Positions 1 through 13,658 are shown, counted from the stretch's first letter. The stretch: 64,000 nucleotides of DNA from Bacteroidales bacterium (GCA_016285085.1 JAEEQA010000005.1:3574-67573), one strand, 5' to 3'. Notes: generated by a model not told the origin, from the sequence alone. Numbers and translations are program-made.

Positions 1-455
1 AAGCGGACGGTGGACTCCTTCACGCGCACCTCGCCGCGACCGGACTTGTAACCGGCGATCTCATACTTTGTGGGGGGGCGTTTGATTACATTGCCCTTGA
101 TGAAGATGATGTACGGGTTGGCCTGATTGGGCTCGTTGGTCGAAACCTTGATGTTCTTGTTGAACTGTCCGGGACGGCCCCACGGGTCGTAGGTGGCATC
201 GATAAAACCGGTCTGACCGGGCATCACGGCTTCCTTGGTGTAGTTGGCCGCAGTGCAACCGCAACCGGGTTTCACGCGGGTAAGCACCAGTGCGCTGTCT
301 CCCACATTCTTGAAGGTGAAACGGGCCGTTACTTTGCCGCCTTCCTCGCGGATGTCGCCAAATTCATGTGTCTTCTTTTCAAATTCAATCCGAGGTTGGG
401 CCATCGCAAACAAAACGGCCACCATCATCACTAATGATAAGAATCCTTTTTTCAT
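1..455 (-). CDS. DUF1573-domain secreted protein (3' end outside window)
   Basis: Not in the ORF track. Hand translation from ATG at 455: MKKGFLSLVMMVAVLFAMAQPRIEFEKKTHEFGDIREEGGKVTARFTFKNVGDSALVLTRVKPGCGCT; signal peptide plus F-x-F-x-N-x-G...CGCT motif. Confidence 0.85.
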   Translation of the reverse strand, partial: MKKGFLSLVMMVAVLFAMAQPRIEFEKKTHEFGDIREEGGKVTARFTFKNVGDSALVLTRVKPGCGCTAANYTKEAVMPGQTGFIDATYDPWGRPGQFNKNIKVSTNEPNQANPYIIFIKGNVIKRPPTKYEIAGYKSGRGEVRVKESTVR

Positions 456-503
456 TGTGCTATAATTTTTTACGTTTAAATATCTATTTTCAAAAAACGG
501 CGG

Positions 504-652
504 CAAATATACTATTATTTTCTGACAATGGTTTTCTTTTTGTTTTTTTAACAACGAACTCCCCTTTTTTTTAATTGTTTCACCCATTAAGCATAAAAAA
601 AGAGGCAATGATTGACTTCTTTTACATAATTCCAAGTTATTCCGTACCTTTG
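504..652. promoter_or_regulatory. Divergent Bacteroidota sigma-A -7 boxes (TAnnTTTG)
   Basis: TATATTTG on minus at 504-511 and TACCTTTG on plus at 645-652, each upstream of a gene start. Confidence 0.65.
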
Positions 653-715
653 CAGCGTTTTTTCAAAAGAATAATCTAATTTGTAAAAAAAGATAATAAT
701 TTAAAAATCAACATT

Positions 716-2578
716 ATGGAACAGAATTTAGACATTGAACAGACCGTCACCCAGCAGGACGGCAAGACCAAGAAATTCAGATATGTGAAGGGAGAGTCGA
801 AGGCGCGGAAGTTTTTCCGGGTCGTTTTCGGGTCGGCGCTCGGATTTATTCTCGCTTCCGTCATCATCTCCTTCCTTTCCATCCTGATGATGATCGGAAT
901 GGTGGCCGCCCTCGGTTCTTCCGACACGGAAAAGATCGAGTCCAACTCCGTTCTGGAGCTCACCCTCAACGCACCCATCGACGAACGTGCCGGCGACAAC
1001 CCGTTTGCCGACATGGACATCCCCTACTACAACTCCAACTCCATCGGTTTGGACGACATCCTCGCCTCTCTCGACAACGCTGCCAAGGATGACAAAATCA
1101 AAGGTGTCTCCCTGAACGTCAAATCGGTACAGGCCAGTCCCGCTACTTTGGAGGAGATCCATGACGCCCTCCTTAAGTTCAAAGAGTCCGGCAAGTTTGT
1201 CTATGCCTACAGCGACTACTACACACAGGGCGCCTACTACCTTGCCTCTGTCGCCGACAAAGTGTTCCTCAACCCCAAAGGGGAGATTGACTTCCGCGGC
1301 CTCGCCTTCCAAATCATGTTCTACAAAGGCCTCATTGACAAACTCGACATCGATGTGCAGGTGGTGAAATGCGGCAAATTCAAAAGCGCTGTGGAACCGT
1401 ACCTCCTCGACAAAATGAGCGAGGCCAACCGCGAACAGTTGACCGTCCTCGGCAACTCCATCTGGGGCAAGATGCTGGCCGACATCTCCGCCAGCCGCAA
1501 CATCTCCGTGGAACAGCTCAATGCCGTGGCCGACAGCATGCTCATCCTCAAGGATGTCAACAATGCAATCGGAATGGGCCTTGTGGATGCCTTCTCCTAT
1601 CCCACCGACTACCGCAACACCCTGAAAAAGCAGCTCGGAGTCAAGGACGAAGACGCGCTGAACCTCGTTTCACTGGCCACCTACCGCAAGTCCTTCAAGG
1701 TGGACCTGGGCAAAGGCTCCGACAAAATCGCCATCATCTATGCCGTGGGTGAAATCAACGACGGCAAAGGCAGCGACAACACCATCGGCGACGTGACACT
1801 CTGCAAGGAGATCCGCCGCGCCTACAAAGACAAGGACGTGAAGGCCATCGTGCTGCGTGTCAACTCGCCCGGCGGCAGCGCCCTCGCCTCCGAAATCATC
1901 TGGAACGAGTTGGAGAACGCCAAAGCAGCCGGCAAGAAAGTCGTCACCTCCATGGGCGACTATGCAGCTTCCGGCGGTTACTATATCTCCTGCAACTCCG
2001 ATGCCATCGTGGCCCAGCCCAACACGCTCACCGGCTCCATCGGTGTCTTCGGCATGATCCCGAGCGTGCAGCGCTGCCTCGAAACCAAACTCGGCGTCAC
2101 CGTCGATGTGGTGAAAACCAATGCCCATTCCGATGCCATCAGCGGCATGCGTCCCATGACCGAAGAGGAGTACAACCTCATGCAGGGCAGTGTGGACAAG
2201 ACCTACGACACCTTCCTCACACGCGTTTCCGACGGCCGCAGCCTCACCAAGGCGCAGGTCGATTCCATCGGACAGGGCCGTGTGTGGGCCGGCACCGAAG
2301 CCCTCCAGCTCGGCCTCGTCGATAAGCTCGGCAACCTGAAGGACGCCATCGCCCTCGCCGCCGAACTCGCCGGCACCGACAGCTACAAGCTCGTCTATTA
2401 CCCCGAGAAAAAGGAGTGGTTTGAAACCCTCTTCAACAAGGACCAAGAAGAAAAAGAGATCTCCGCCGCCATCCGCAGCGAACTCGGCGACCTCTACCCG
2501 GCCTATAATGGACTGCAGCAGATTATTAAGGCAAAAGGCGTGCAGGCCAGAATGCCGCTGGAAATCACCATCGAATAG
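716..2578 (+). CDS. sppA: Signal peptide peptidase SppA, 67K type (S49)
   Basis: N-terminal TM helix; GKFKSAVEPY, LRVNSPGGS, AASGGYYIS and TLTGSIGV motifs. Confidence 0.95.
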   Translation: MEQNLDIEQTVTQQDGKTKKFRYVKGESKARKFFRVVFGSALGFILASVIISFLSILMMIGMVAALGSSDTEKIESNSVLELTLNAPIDERAGDNPFADMDIPYYNSNSIGLDDILASLDNAAKDDKIKGVSLNVKSVQASPATLEEIHDALLKFKESGKFVYAYSDYYTQGAYYLASVADKVFLNPKGEIDFRGLAFQIMFYKGLIDKLDIDVQVVKCGKFKSAVEPYLLDKMSEANREQLTVLGNSIWGKMLADISASRNISVEQLNAVADSMLILKDVNNAIGMGLVDAFSYPTDYRNTLKKQLGVKDEDALNLVSLATYRKSFKVDLGKGSDKIAIIYAVGEINDGKGSDNTIGDVTLCKEIRRAYKDKDVKAIVLRVNSPGGSALASEIIWNELENAKAAGKKVVTSMGDYAASGGYYISCNSDAIVAQPNTLTGSIGVFGMIPSVQRCLETKLGVTVDVVKTNAHSDAISGMRPMTEEEYNLMQGSVDKTYDTFLTRVSDGRSLTKAQVDSIGQGRVWAGTEALQLGLVDKLGNLKDAIALAAELAGTDSYKLVYYPEKKEWFETLFNKDQEEKEISAAIRSELGDLYPAYNGLQQIIKAKGVQARMPLEITIE

Positions 2579-2584
2579 CAAATC

Positions 2585-3367
2585 ATGTTCTACATATATT
2601 TATATGTGATGATAGCGATTGCTGTCGTCGTGTTCATTGCCTTGTATTTTGTGGAGGCCGGCTACGGCATGCTGGTCTCCTCCCGTTGGGGCAAGCTCAT
2701 CAACAACAAGGTGGCGTGGTTCTTTATGGAATTTCCCATCTTCGCGGCCATGGCGGGACTGTGGCTGTTCTCGCCGCACCGGTTCGCCATCGTGCCGCTC
2801 ACATTCTTCGTCATCTTTGAAACCCACTATTTCCAGCGGGTCTTCATCTTCCCTTTCCTGATGAAAGGCAACAGCAAGATGCCTGTCGGAATCATGCTCA
2901 TGGGGATGGCGTTCAACATCCTCAACGCCGCCATGCAGGGCTACTGGATATTCTACGAGTCCTACAACGTGAACTATTCCGCTTTTGGGCTGACCTACAA
3001 CGACATCGAGTGGCTTTGGTCGCCATGGTTCCTCATAGGGCTGTGTTTGTTCATCGGAGGTTTCATCACGAACCTGCACTCCGACTACATCATCCGGCAC
3101 TTGCGCAAGGACCCGTCCGACACGCGGCACTACCTTCCGAAGGGCGGAATGTTCAACTACGTCACCTCCGCCAACTACTTCGGCGAGCTGATGGAATGGC
3201 TGGGCTTTGCCGTCCTCACGTGGTCGCTGTCGGGCCTCGTCTTCTTCATTTGGACTGCCGCGAACCTCGTTCCCCGAGCCAACACACTGTACCACAAGTA
3301 CCAGATCGAGTTCGGTGACGAGATGAAAGGCCGCCGTCTGAAGCGGGTGATTCCGCTGCTGTATTAA
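2585..3367 (+). CDS. 3-oxo-5-alpha-steroid 4-dehydrogenase (steroid 5-alpha-reductase family)
   Basis: Polytopic membrane protein with AGYG, AWFFME, HYFQR, NLHSDYIIRHLR, PKGGMFNYVTSANYFGE and ANLVPRA motifs. Confidence 0.88.
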   Translation: MFYIYLYVMIAIAVVVFIALYFVEAGYGMLVSSRWGKLINNKVAWFFMEFPIFAAMAGLWLFSPHRFAIVPLTFFVIFETHYFQRVFIFPFLMKGNSKMPVGIMLMGMAFNILNAAMQGYWIFYESYNVNYSAFGLTYNDIEWLWSPWFLIGLCLFIGGFITNLHSDYIIRHLRKDPSDTRHYLPKGGMFNYVTSANYFGELMEWLGFAVLTWSLSGLVFFIWTAANLVPRANTLYHKYQIEFGDEMKGRRLKRVIPLLY

Positions 3368-3481
3368 CAGGATAGGGACGTTTGACAGGAGAGGGGATCC
3401 TTAGTCAAGCAAAAAAGTGTGCCCTTTTTTATGTAGAAGTTTTAGAATGCGTATCTTTGCGCCCTCATTTCAAGAAACCGT

Positions 3482-4984
3482 ATGAACCTCTATACACAGA
3501 AAAAACGATGGAAATGGCTGCTGTTCGTGTCGGCCCTCGTTGTGTTCCTCGTCATGATTTACTATTCCAACGTGCTGTTTAACAGCATCGCCCGCGAGGA
3601 ACGGCAGAAGGTGAACCTGTGGGCGGAAGCGGTGACGCAGAAAGCACAGTTGGTGAACTACACCAACCACTTCTTCGACGAGGTGAAGGCGGAGGAGGCG
3701 AAACGCGCCACGCAGATGGCGAAGGTCATCAAGAAAGTGTTTGACGCGCCCCTCGATGAGGACCTCACCTTCTACGTTGATATGTTGCAGGAAAACAAGA
3801 CCATCCCGCTGATCATGGTGCAGATGGACGGCAGCATCAGCTACACCGCCAACGTGCCGGAGGAAATCGGCAAGATGAAAAACATCTCTGAACTTGGTGA
3901 CGAAATCAACTCGTTCGAGCAGCTCAAGGTCTATTACGACCGCCCCAAATACGTGGTGATGTACTACCGTGAATCGAAAATCTACACCGATCTCCGCGAG
4001 TACATGGAAAACCTGCAGGAGTCGTTTTTCGAGGAGGTGGTCATCAACACGGCCTCCATCCCCGTCATCATCACCGACAGCACCGAACAGCGCGTGGTCA
4101 TCTCCGGCAATGTCGATTCCACGCAAATCGCCACGCCCGAAGGGTTGCGCCAGCTGGTTGCAAAGATGAAGTCATCGAACAAGCCCATTGAAATCGACCT
4201 TCCCGACCAGGGGCACTGCTACGTCTTCTATGAGGAGTCGCCCATCCTGACGAGATTGCGCTATTTCCCGTACATCCAATTCTTTATTGTCCTCGTTTTT
4301 GTCATCGTGGCGTACCTGCTGTTCAGTTTTGCCCGCCGCTCCGAACAGAACCGTGTGTGGGTGGGCATGTCGAAGGAGACGGCGCACCAGCTGGGCACAC
4401 CCATCTCGTCGCTGATGGCATGGACGGAAATCCTGCGCGAGAGCGACGTCGATCCCTCCATTGTGGGCGAAATCGACAAGGATGTCCACCGGCTGGAAAC
4501 CATCGCGCAGCGGTTCTCCAAAATCGGCTCCGTCCCGGAACTCAAGGACGAAAACATCGTGGAGGTGATCGACCAATTCACCAATTATCTCCGCACCCGC
4601 ATTTCATCGAAAACCACCCTCATCTTCAACGCTGCCGACTATCCCGAGATTGTTCTGCCCATCAACCGTTATCTTTTTGAGTGGGTCATCGAGAACCTGT
4701 GCAAAAACTCCGTGGATGCGATGGAGGGCGACGGGGTCATCGCCATCAACCTGATCGATGACAAGACGCACGTCCACATCGACATCACCGACACGGGCAA
4801 GGGCATCCCGCCGCAGAAGCAGAAGACGATTTTCAAACCGGGCTACACCTCCAAAAGCCGCGGCTGGGGCCTGGGGTTGACACTCGCCCGCCGTATTATC
4901 AAGGAGTACCACAAAGGCAACCTGTTTGTCAAATCCTCCATCGTGGGCAAAGGCACTACCATGCGGATCACGCTGAAACGGTAA
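3482..4984 (+). CDS. Membrane sensor histidine kinase
   Basis: Two TM segments; H-box ETAHQLGTPISSL, N-box ENLCKNSVDA, DTGKG, GWGLGL; TATCTTTG promoter box at 3452-3459. Confidence 0.93.
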   Translation: MNLYTQKKRWKWLLFVSALVVFLVMIYYSNVLFNSIAREERQKVNLWAEAVTQKAQLVNYTNHFFDEVKAEEAKRATQMAKVIKKVFDAPLDEDLTFYVDMLQENKTIPLIMVQMDGSISYTANVPEEIGKMKNISELGDEINSFEQLKVYYDRPKYVVMYYRESKIYTDLREYMENLQESFFEEVVINTASIPVIITDSTEQRVVISGNVDSTQIATPEGLRQLVAKMKSSNKPIEIDLPDQGHCYVFYEESPILTRLRYFPYIQFFIVLVFVIVAYLLFSFARRSEQNRVWVGMSKETAHQLGTPISSLMAWTEILRESDVDPSIVGEIDKDVHRLETIAQRFSKIGSVPELKDENIVEVIDQFTNYLRTRISSKTTLIFNAADYPEIVLPINRYLFEWVIENLCKNSVDAMEGDGVIAINLIDDKTHVHIDITDTGKGIPPQKQKTIFKPGYTSKSRGWGLGLTLARRIIKEYHKGNLFVKSSIVGKGTTMRITLKR

Positions 4985-4988
4985 ATGT

Positions 4989-5031
4989 TTCCCTTCTATG
5001 TAGAAGGGGTGGCCGTAGGCCGCGGTAGTAG
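4989..5031 (+). repeat. CCCCTTCT/AGAAGGGG double-hairpin repeat, copy 1
   Basis: cccttctatgtagaaggggtggccgtaggccgcggtagtag, near-identical to the copies at 20272 and 44002. Confidence 0.9.
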
Positions 5032-5033
5032 AA

Positions 5034-5075
5034 AAAAGTAAGAGGTATAAAGTATAAGGTAGAAGGTAGGAAGTA
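5034..5075 (+). repeat. Degenerate heptamer run (NRRRGTA)x6
   Basis: aaaagta agaggta taaagta taaggta gaaggta ggaagta. Confidence 0.8.
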
Positions 5076-5136
5076 GGAGGGGAATGGGGTTTCTGTCGCG
5101 ACAGAATTTGCAAGGCGGCGCGGGTTCAATCCCCCG

Positions 5137-5222
5137 AAATGTTCGCGCAAGCGAACCCCAATGCGAACGTCAGTGAGCTAAAATGCGAACGCAGTGAGCC
5201 CAAATGCGAGCGATAGCGAGCC
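5137..5222 (+). repeat. Mini-hairpin array 1 (4 units)
   Basis: gttcgc-gcaa-gcgaac, gcgaac-gtca-gtgagc, gcgaac-gca-gtgagc and gcgagc-gata-gcgagc, each preceded by (A)AAT. Confidence 0.88.
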
Positions 5223-6263
5223 CTAATACTCCTCGTTGAAGAAAAGCTGGTAGTAGTTCATCCCCGTCTCCGGATCCACACCTTTCTTGATCATCTTGGT
5301 GTCGCCGTGGACGTACACATGGAAGTTTTTGTCCAACTTGATGACACTCTTGAAGTTGCGTGACTGCTTCTTCAACGCGCTGTTGGAAATGCCGAATGAG
5401 TCGGGCACCTGCACGTCGTGTTCCAGCTGGTACTCCTGCTTGTAGTCGTTGAATTTCTCAATCACGTTCGGGTCGCCGATGACCTCCTGCTGGAAGTCGT
5501 CCATCTCGAAGGTCTTGTTTTCCTTGAAGAAGGAAACCGACTTGTTCAAGATTTCGGCCTGGTCGGCACGCGACACTTCGAATTCTTCCGGCATGCACTC
5601 GGTGACGAAACTTTTGCACATGTTCAGAACATGCTGGGTGTTGTAGAATTCGTCCTTGCGCTGGCGGATGTGGAGGAAGTCGTCAGTCCAGTACTGTGCC
5701 TCGGCATTCCGGTTCGTATTGTCCACAATGGCCACCACATAGCCCTTTTCCTGCTCGGTGTTGAAAATCAAGCAGCCTTTATCCAGTTTGTTGAGCCCGA
5801 AGCCAAAGTCGCTCTCCACCACAAAACGGTCGTCCTCTTGATGCACCTTGAGAAAGGTGTCTTTCGTTTCCGCCTTGAAAAGCCCCACTGCATCCACCAT
5901 CTCGTCGTCAATCACACAGTTCTTGAAATAAACCACGTAGAACTCACCGTCCTTGATTTTCGGGTGAGTACACTGGTTGTACAGGTGCTGCGCCAGATAG
6001 AGCGACTGCTCCAGCAGATTGTCCTGATTTTCAAAAATTTCTGTAACCGACTTGTAAACAACATTTTCCTCCACTCCATTCTCGTCATAGAGTTGGAAAT
6101 ATTCATCCGTCTTGAACGGGAAGAGGAAGTAGGTTTTCAGCATGTTCTTCACCTCCTCGCTGACGTGCAAAAGCTCGTGCGACAGGTTCAGCGGTTCTTC
6201 TAACTGTTTGTTGCCGACCGCATGGAGGGCAATGGATTCAACGGTGGTTTCTGCTAAATGCAT
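5223..6263 (-). CDS. Nucleoid-associated protein (NA37/YejK-like, Bacteroidota type)
   Basis: LHAVGNK, HPKIKDGEFYV, LDKGCLIFN, YWTDDFL and KSVIKLDKNFHVYVHG motifs. Confidence 0.82.
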   Translation of the reverse strand: MHLAETTVESIALHAVGNKQLEEPLNLSHELLHVSEEVKNMLKTYFLFPFKTDEYFQLYDENGVEENVVYKSVTEIFENQDNLLEQSLYLAQHLYNQCTHPKIKDGEFYVVYFKNCVIDDEMVDAVGLFKAETKDTFLKVHQEDDRFVVESDFGFGLNKLDKGCLIFNTEQEKGYVVAIVDNTNRNAEAQYWTDDFLHIRQRKDEFYNTQHVLNMCKSFVTECMPEEFEVSRADQAEILNKSVSFFKENKTFEMDDFQQEVIGDPNVIEKFNDYKQEYQLEHDVQVPDSFGISNSALKKQSRNFKSVIKLDKNFHVYVHGDTKMIKKGVDPETGMNYYQLFFNEEY

Positions 6264-6265
6264 AT

Positions 6266-6335
6266 TAGGGGATAGGGTTTAGGGGTTAGGGTATAGGTTT
6301 TAGGGTATAGGGGTTAGGTTTTAGGGAATAGTTTT
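6266..6335 (+). repeat. G-rich heptamer run (TAGKKNN)x10
   Basis: tagggga tagggtt taggggt tagggta taggttt tagggta taggggt taggttt tagggaa tagtttt. Confidence 0.9.
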
Positions 6336-6345
6336 TATCGGGGTT

Positions 6346-6375
6346 TGTAGAGACGTTTCATGAAACGTCTCTACA
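6346..6375. repeat. GTAG-type REP-like palindrome
   Basis: Perfect 30-bp palindrome tgtagagacgtttca|tgaaacgtctctaca. Confidence 0.9.
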
Positions 6376-6398
6376 GGGTTTTGTTTTTATTCAATGTT

Positions 6399-7847
<1,449 letters not shown>

Positions 7848-7906
7848 TCTTAAAAAATGATTTCCCTCTAAAAAAATGCCGATAGAGGGTTGCTGTTTTG
7901 AGGCGG

Positions 7907-7935
7907 CAAAAGTAGCAAAAAAAGACGTAAGTTTG
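7907..7935. promoter_or_regulatory. Back-to-back TAnnTTTG promoter boxes for sufB and the HAD gene
   Basis: TACTTTTG on minus at 7907-7914; TAAGTTTG on plus at 7928-7935. Confidence 0.65.
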
Positions 7936-7978
7936 CCACCCGAAATCTCGTTTTCGGAACATCAAAAACCGACCCGCT

Positions 7979-8617
7979 ATGTTCTACATTTTCGATCTCG
8001 ACGGAACGCTTCTCAACTCATTGGAAGACTTGTGCAACAGCTGCAACCACACGCTCGCGGCGCACGGTTTCCCCACCCATCCGTTGGACGCCTACCGCTA
8101 TTTTGTGGGCGACGGGATGGCGATGCTCATTGAGCGGGTACTGCCCGAGCACGCCCGCACGGAGGAAGTGAAAGCGGTGATTTACAGAGAATTCCTTGAC
8201 CATTACCAGATTCACAAGATGGACCGGACCGCCCCGTACGCAGGCATTGTGGAGGTATTGGAAACGCTCCAGCGGCGCGGCGACCAGCTGGCCGTAGCCT
8301 CCAACAAGGCGCAGGAGGCGATGGGGGAACTGATGCGGCACTATTTCCCGACTGTCACCTTTGCGGCGGCGCTGGGCAAGCGTCCCGGCGTGCCCGTGAA
8401 ACCCGCCCCCGACATCGTGCGGGACATTATGGAAATCGCCGCCGCCACCCCGGAGCAGACGTGGTACATCGGCGACACCGCCACCGACATGCGCACGGCG
8501 GCCAACGCGGGCTTGCGGAAGGTGGGGGTTCTCTGGGGTTTCCGGGACCGCGCCGAACTGGAGGCCGCCGGCGCCGACGTCATCATCAGCGAGCCTCGGG
8601 AGATACTGGGGCTGTAA
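7979..8617 (+). CDS. HAD-superfamily hydrolase (phosphoglycolate phosphatase-like)
   Basis: IFDLDGTL, VASNK, KPAP and YIGDTATD motifs. Confidence 0.92.
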   Translation: MFYIFDLDGTLLNSLEDLCNSCNHTLAAHGFPTHPLDAYRYFVGDGMAMLIERVLPEHARTEEVKAVIYREFLDHYQIHKMDRTAPYAGIVEVLETLQRRGDQLAVASNKAQEAMGELMRHYFPTVTFAAALGKRPGVPVKPAPDIVRDIMEIAAATPEQTWYIGDTATDMRTAANAGLRKVGVLWGFRDRAELEAAGADVIISEPREILGL

Positions 8618-8726
8618 CAACTCCCTTTTTGCCATCCCAAAATAATGTGGTACTTTTGCCGCCCGGTTCGGGTTCCCGAAAAAAAGATACATCTATTTGT
8701 AAAACAACATTTTCTAAAATAAAACT

Positions 8727-9023
8727 ATGGCAGATTTCAGCATTTGGGAAGTACTTTTTCTGCTCTGCTTCGCGGTCAGCTGGCCCGTTTCCATCGCAAA
8801 GTCGCTGCGCACCAAGGTGGTGATTGGGAAAAGTCCGTTTTTCATGTCCTTGGTCATACTGGGCTACATCTTCGGCATCATCCATAAGTCGCTGTACAGC
8901 CACGACATCGTGATATGGCTTTATGTGTTCAATGCCACGTTGGTGGCCACCGACCTTGTTCTCTATTGCACCTACATCGGGCGTAACCGCCGCGACCTGA
9001 TGAACCAAAAGCAGCAGAAGTAA
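8727..9023 (+). CDS. Small 3-TM membrane protein, PQ-loop/SemiSWEET-like
   Basis: 98 aa, three hydrophobic helices, SWP-x-SI-x-KS...GKS pattern; TACTTTTG box at 8651-8658. Confidence 0.6.
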   Translation: MADFSIWEVLFLLCFAVSWPVSIAKSLRTKVVIGKSPFFMSLVILGYIFGIIHKSLYSHDIVIWLYVFNATLVATDLVLYCTYIGRNRRDLMNQKQQK

Positions 9024-9058
9024 AAAAAGCGGGTCGCCTTTCGGAGACCCGCTTTTTT
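9022..9058. terminator. Bidirectional intrinsic terminator
   Basis: aaaaaagcgggtc...gacccgctttttt between convergent genes. Confidence 0.88.
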
Positions 9059-9076
9059 ATTATGTGAAACAAAAGC

Positions 9077-9538
9077 TTATTTCGATTCCTTCGTGCCGGT
9101 GAAGGTGGCAATCACAATATCGGCTTCCACTCCAAGGATGGTGGCCTTGTAGTAGATCTTCATTGTAACGGAAGAACCGTCGAACGTGGCCTTGGCCAAA
9201 ATCTTGTCGATGGTCTGATCGGTGTACTCGTCAATGTTGATGAGGCTGGTGGCAGCCTTGATCATCTCCGTGGTGAAGGAGTTCTCAGAGGTTTCGAAAA
9301 CGCCGGAGGAAGTTTTTTGCATATCAATGCAGTATTCCCAAAGGAGGTTTTCCTTGTTGGCGGGATTCTGGGTGAAGTGCAGCTTGCCCTGTTTAGTGGA
9401 GGTGCTGCTGTCGGACTGTTTCACGATGTTGAAGGTGCCGGCATAGGTGCCCACGTAGTTGGCGGATTCATAGGTGTCATCCTTGCAACCGCAGAATGCG
9501 AGTGCAACCACAAATAACATTAAAAATACTTTTTTCAT
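9077..9538 (-). CDS. Hypothetical lipoprotein
   Basis: MKKVFLMLFVVALAFCGC lipobox followed by acidic KDD; beta-rich body. Confidence 0.8.
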   Translation of the reverse strand: MKKVFLMLFVVALAFCGCKDDTYESANYVGTYAGTFNIVKQSDSSTSTKQGKLHFTQNPANKENLLWEYCIDMQKTSSGVFETSENSFTTEMIKAATSLINIDEYTDQTIDKILAKATFDGSSVTMKIYYKATILGVEADIVIATFTGTKESK

Positions 9539-9568
9539 TTTGATAAAATTTAAGTTGTTAATATTCAA

Positions 9569-11506
9569 TTATTTTTGAAGTTCTTGGTCAATAGTTTGCT
9601 TGATGAGACTGACAAAATCGGCCACAGGCATCGTGCCTTTGTCGCCCGCGCCGTGCTGACGCACGGAAACGGTGCCGTCGTTCTCCTCTTTTTCGCCCAC
9701 GATGACCATGAAGGGCACCTTGCTGACCTCGGCGTCGCGGATCTTGCGACCCGCCTTCTCGTTGCGTTCATCGACGATGGCGCGGATGTCCTGATCATCA
9801 AGCATTTCACGCACCTTCTGGGCATAACCGAGGAACTTTTCGCTGATGGGCAGGATAATGACCTGGTCGGGGGTGAGCCAGAGCGGGAAGTTGCCGCCGG
9901 TGTGCTCGAGCAACACGGCTACGAAACGCTCCATGGAGCCGAACGGGGCGCGGTGGATCATCACCGGGCGCTGTTTGCTCTGGTCGGGAGCGGTGTATTC
10001 CAATTGGAAGCGCTCCGGCAGGTTGTAGTCAACCTGGACGGTACCCAACTGCCACTTGCGGCCGAGGGCGTCCTTCACCATAAAGTCGAGCTTCGGGCCG
10101 TAGAAAGCGGCTTCGCCGTATTCCACCACCGTGTTCAGCCCCTTTTCGGCAGCCGCCTCGATGATGGCGCTTTCGGCTTTGTGCCAGTTCTCGTCCGAAC
10201 CGATGTATTTCTCCTTGTTGTTGGGGTCGCGGAGGGAAACCTGTGCCACGTAATCCTTGAAATCCAACGTTTTGAAGATGTAAAGGATGATGTCGATCAC
10301 CTTGCAGAACTCTTCCTTGATCTGGTCGGAGGTGCAGAAGAGGTGGGCGTCGTCCTGGGTGAAGCTGCGCACGCGGGTGAGGCCGTGGAGTTCACCGCTC
10401 TGCTCGTAGCGATAGACGGTGCCGAATTCGGCCAGACGGAGCGGGAGGTCGCGGTACGAACGCGGCTTCGAGGCGTAGATTTCGCAGTGGTGGGGACAGT
10501 TCATCGGTTTGAGGAAGTAGGCCTCGCCCTCCTGCGGAGTGGTGATCGGGCGGAAGGAGTCCGCACCGTACTTGGCATAGTGACCGGAGGTTTTGTACAG
10601 CTCCACATTTCCGATATGGGGCGTGATCACCTGCTGATAACCATATTTTTTCTGCACTTTCGTCAGGAAGTTTTCCAGACGTTTGCGCAGGTCGGTGCCT
10701 TTGGGGAGCCACAACGGCAAGCCCTGTCCCACCTTCTGGGAGAAGGTGAAGAGTTCCATCTCCTTGCCGAGTTTGCGGTGGTCGCGTTTTTTCGCCTCCT
10801 CCAGCATCACAAGGTATTCATCCAGCTCTTTTTTCTTGGGGAAGGTGATACCGTAGATACGGGTGAGCTGTTTGCGCTTCTCGTCGCCGCGCCAGTAGGC
10901 ACCGGCGGTGTTGATGAGCTTGATGGCTTTGATGGGGGCCGTGTTGAAGAGGTGCGGTCCACGGCAGAGGTCGGTGAAAGCACCGCTCTCGTAGAAGGTG
11001 ATGGTGCCGTCTTCCAAGTCGTTGATCAACTCGACTTTGTAAACCTCGCCTTTCTTGGTGAAATAGTCCAAAGCCTCTTTTTTGGAGACTTCCTTACGGA
11101 CGAACTGGACCTTTTGGGCGGCGATTTCCTGCATCTTTGCTTCGATGGCGGGGAAATTGTCGGAGGAGATGGTCTCGTCCATGAAATCGATGTCGTAGTA
11201 GAAACCGTTTTCGATGCTCGGACCGATTCCGAACTTGGCATTCGGATAAAGTTCGGAGATTGCCGCCGCCATCAAGTGGGCGGAGGAGTGCCAGTAAACG
11301 GCCTTCCCTTCGGGGTCGTTCCACGTCAGCAGGGTGACGGAAGCATCGTCGTTGATTTCATAGTTCAAGGCAACCACTTTGTCGTTCACTTTGGCTGCCA
11401 ACACGTTACGGGCAAGTCCCTCGCTGATTGACAGCGCAATCTGATAGGGGGTCGTCCCTTTTTCGTATTCTTTTACAGAACCGTCAGGTAAAGTAATTTT
11501 AATCAT
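9569..11506 (-). CDS. thrS: Threonine--tRNA ligase
   Basis: TGS domain (ITLPDGS); [34 protein letters not shown] and MIHRAPFGS motifs. Confidence 0.99.
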   Translation of the reverse strand: MIKITLPDGSVKEYEKGTTPYQIALSISEGLARNVLAAKVNDKVVALNYEINDDASVTLLTWNDPEGKAVYWHSSAHLMAAAISELYPNAKFGIGPSIENGFYYDIDFMDETISSDNFPAIEAKMQEIAAQKVQFVRKEVSKKEALDYFTKKGEVYKVELINDLEDGTITFYESGAFTDLCRGPHLFNTAPIKAIKLINTAGAYWRGDEKRKQLTRIYGITFPKKKELDEYLVMLEEAKKRDHRKLGKEMELFTFSQKVGQGLPLWLPKGTDLRKRLENFLTKVQKKYGYQQVITPHIGNVELYKTSGHYAKYGADSFRPITTPQEGEAYFLKPMNCPHHCEIYASKPRSYRDLPLRLAEFGTVYRYEQSGELHGLTRVRSFTQDDAHLFCTSDQIKEEFCKVIDIILYIFKTLDFKDYVAQVSLRDPNNKEKYIGSDENWHKAESAIIEAAAEKGLNTVVEYGEAAFYGPKLDFMVKDALGRKWQLGTVQVDYNLPERFQLEYTAPDQSKQRPVMIHRAPFGSMERFVAVLLEHTGGNFPLWLTPDQVIILPISEKFLGYAQKVREMLDDQDIRAIVDERNEKAGRKIRDAEVSKVPFMVIVGEKEENDGTVSVRQHGAGDKGTMPVADFVSLIKQTIDQELQK

Positions 11507-11541
11507 CTTATAGAGTTTTTTATAATTTCAAAAACAGGCGG

Positions 11542-11604
<63 letters not shown>

Positions 11605-11640
11605 CACCCCTATTTGGAGAATTATTAAAACACTGGTTAT

Positions 11641-13641
<2,001 letters not shown>

Positions 13642-13658
13642 TCACAATCTATGGTATG

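Noticed and set aside
5091-5136. GGGTTCAATCCC T-loop-like sequence beside the palindrome ttctgtcgcgacagaa
   Set aside because: No acceptor, D or anticodon arm can be built, so it is not a tRNA.
5137-5222. Mini-hairpin arrays as CRISPR arrays
   Set aside because: Units are about 21 nt with 5-13 nt linkers, there are no unique 30-40 nt spacers, the repeats are not identical, and there are no cas genes.
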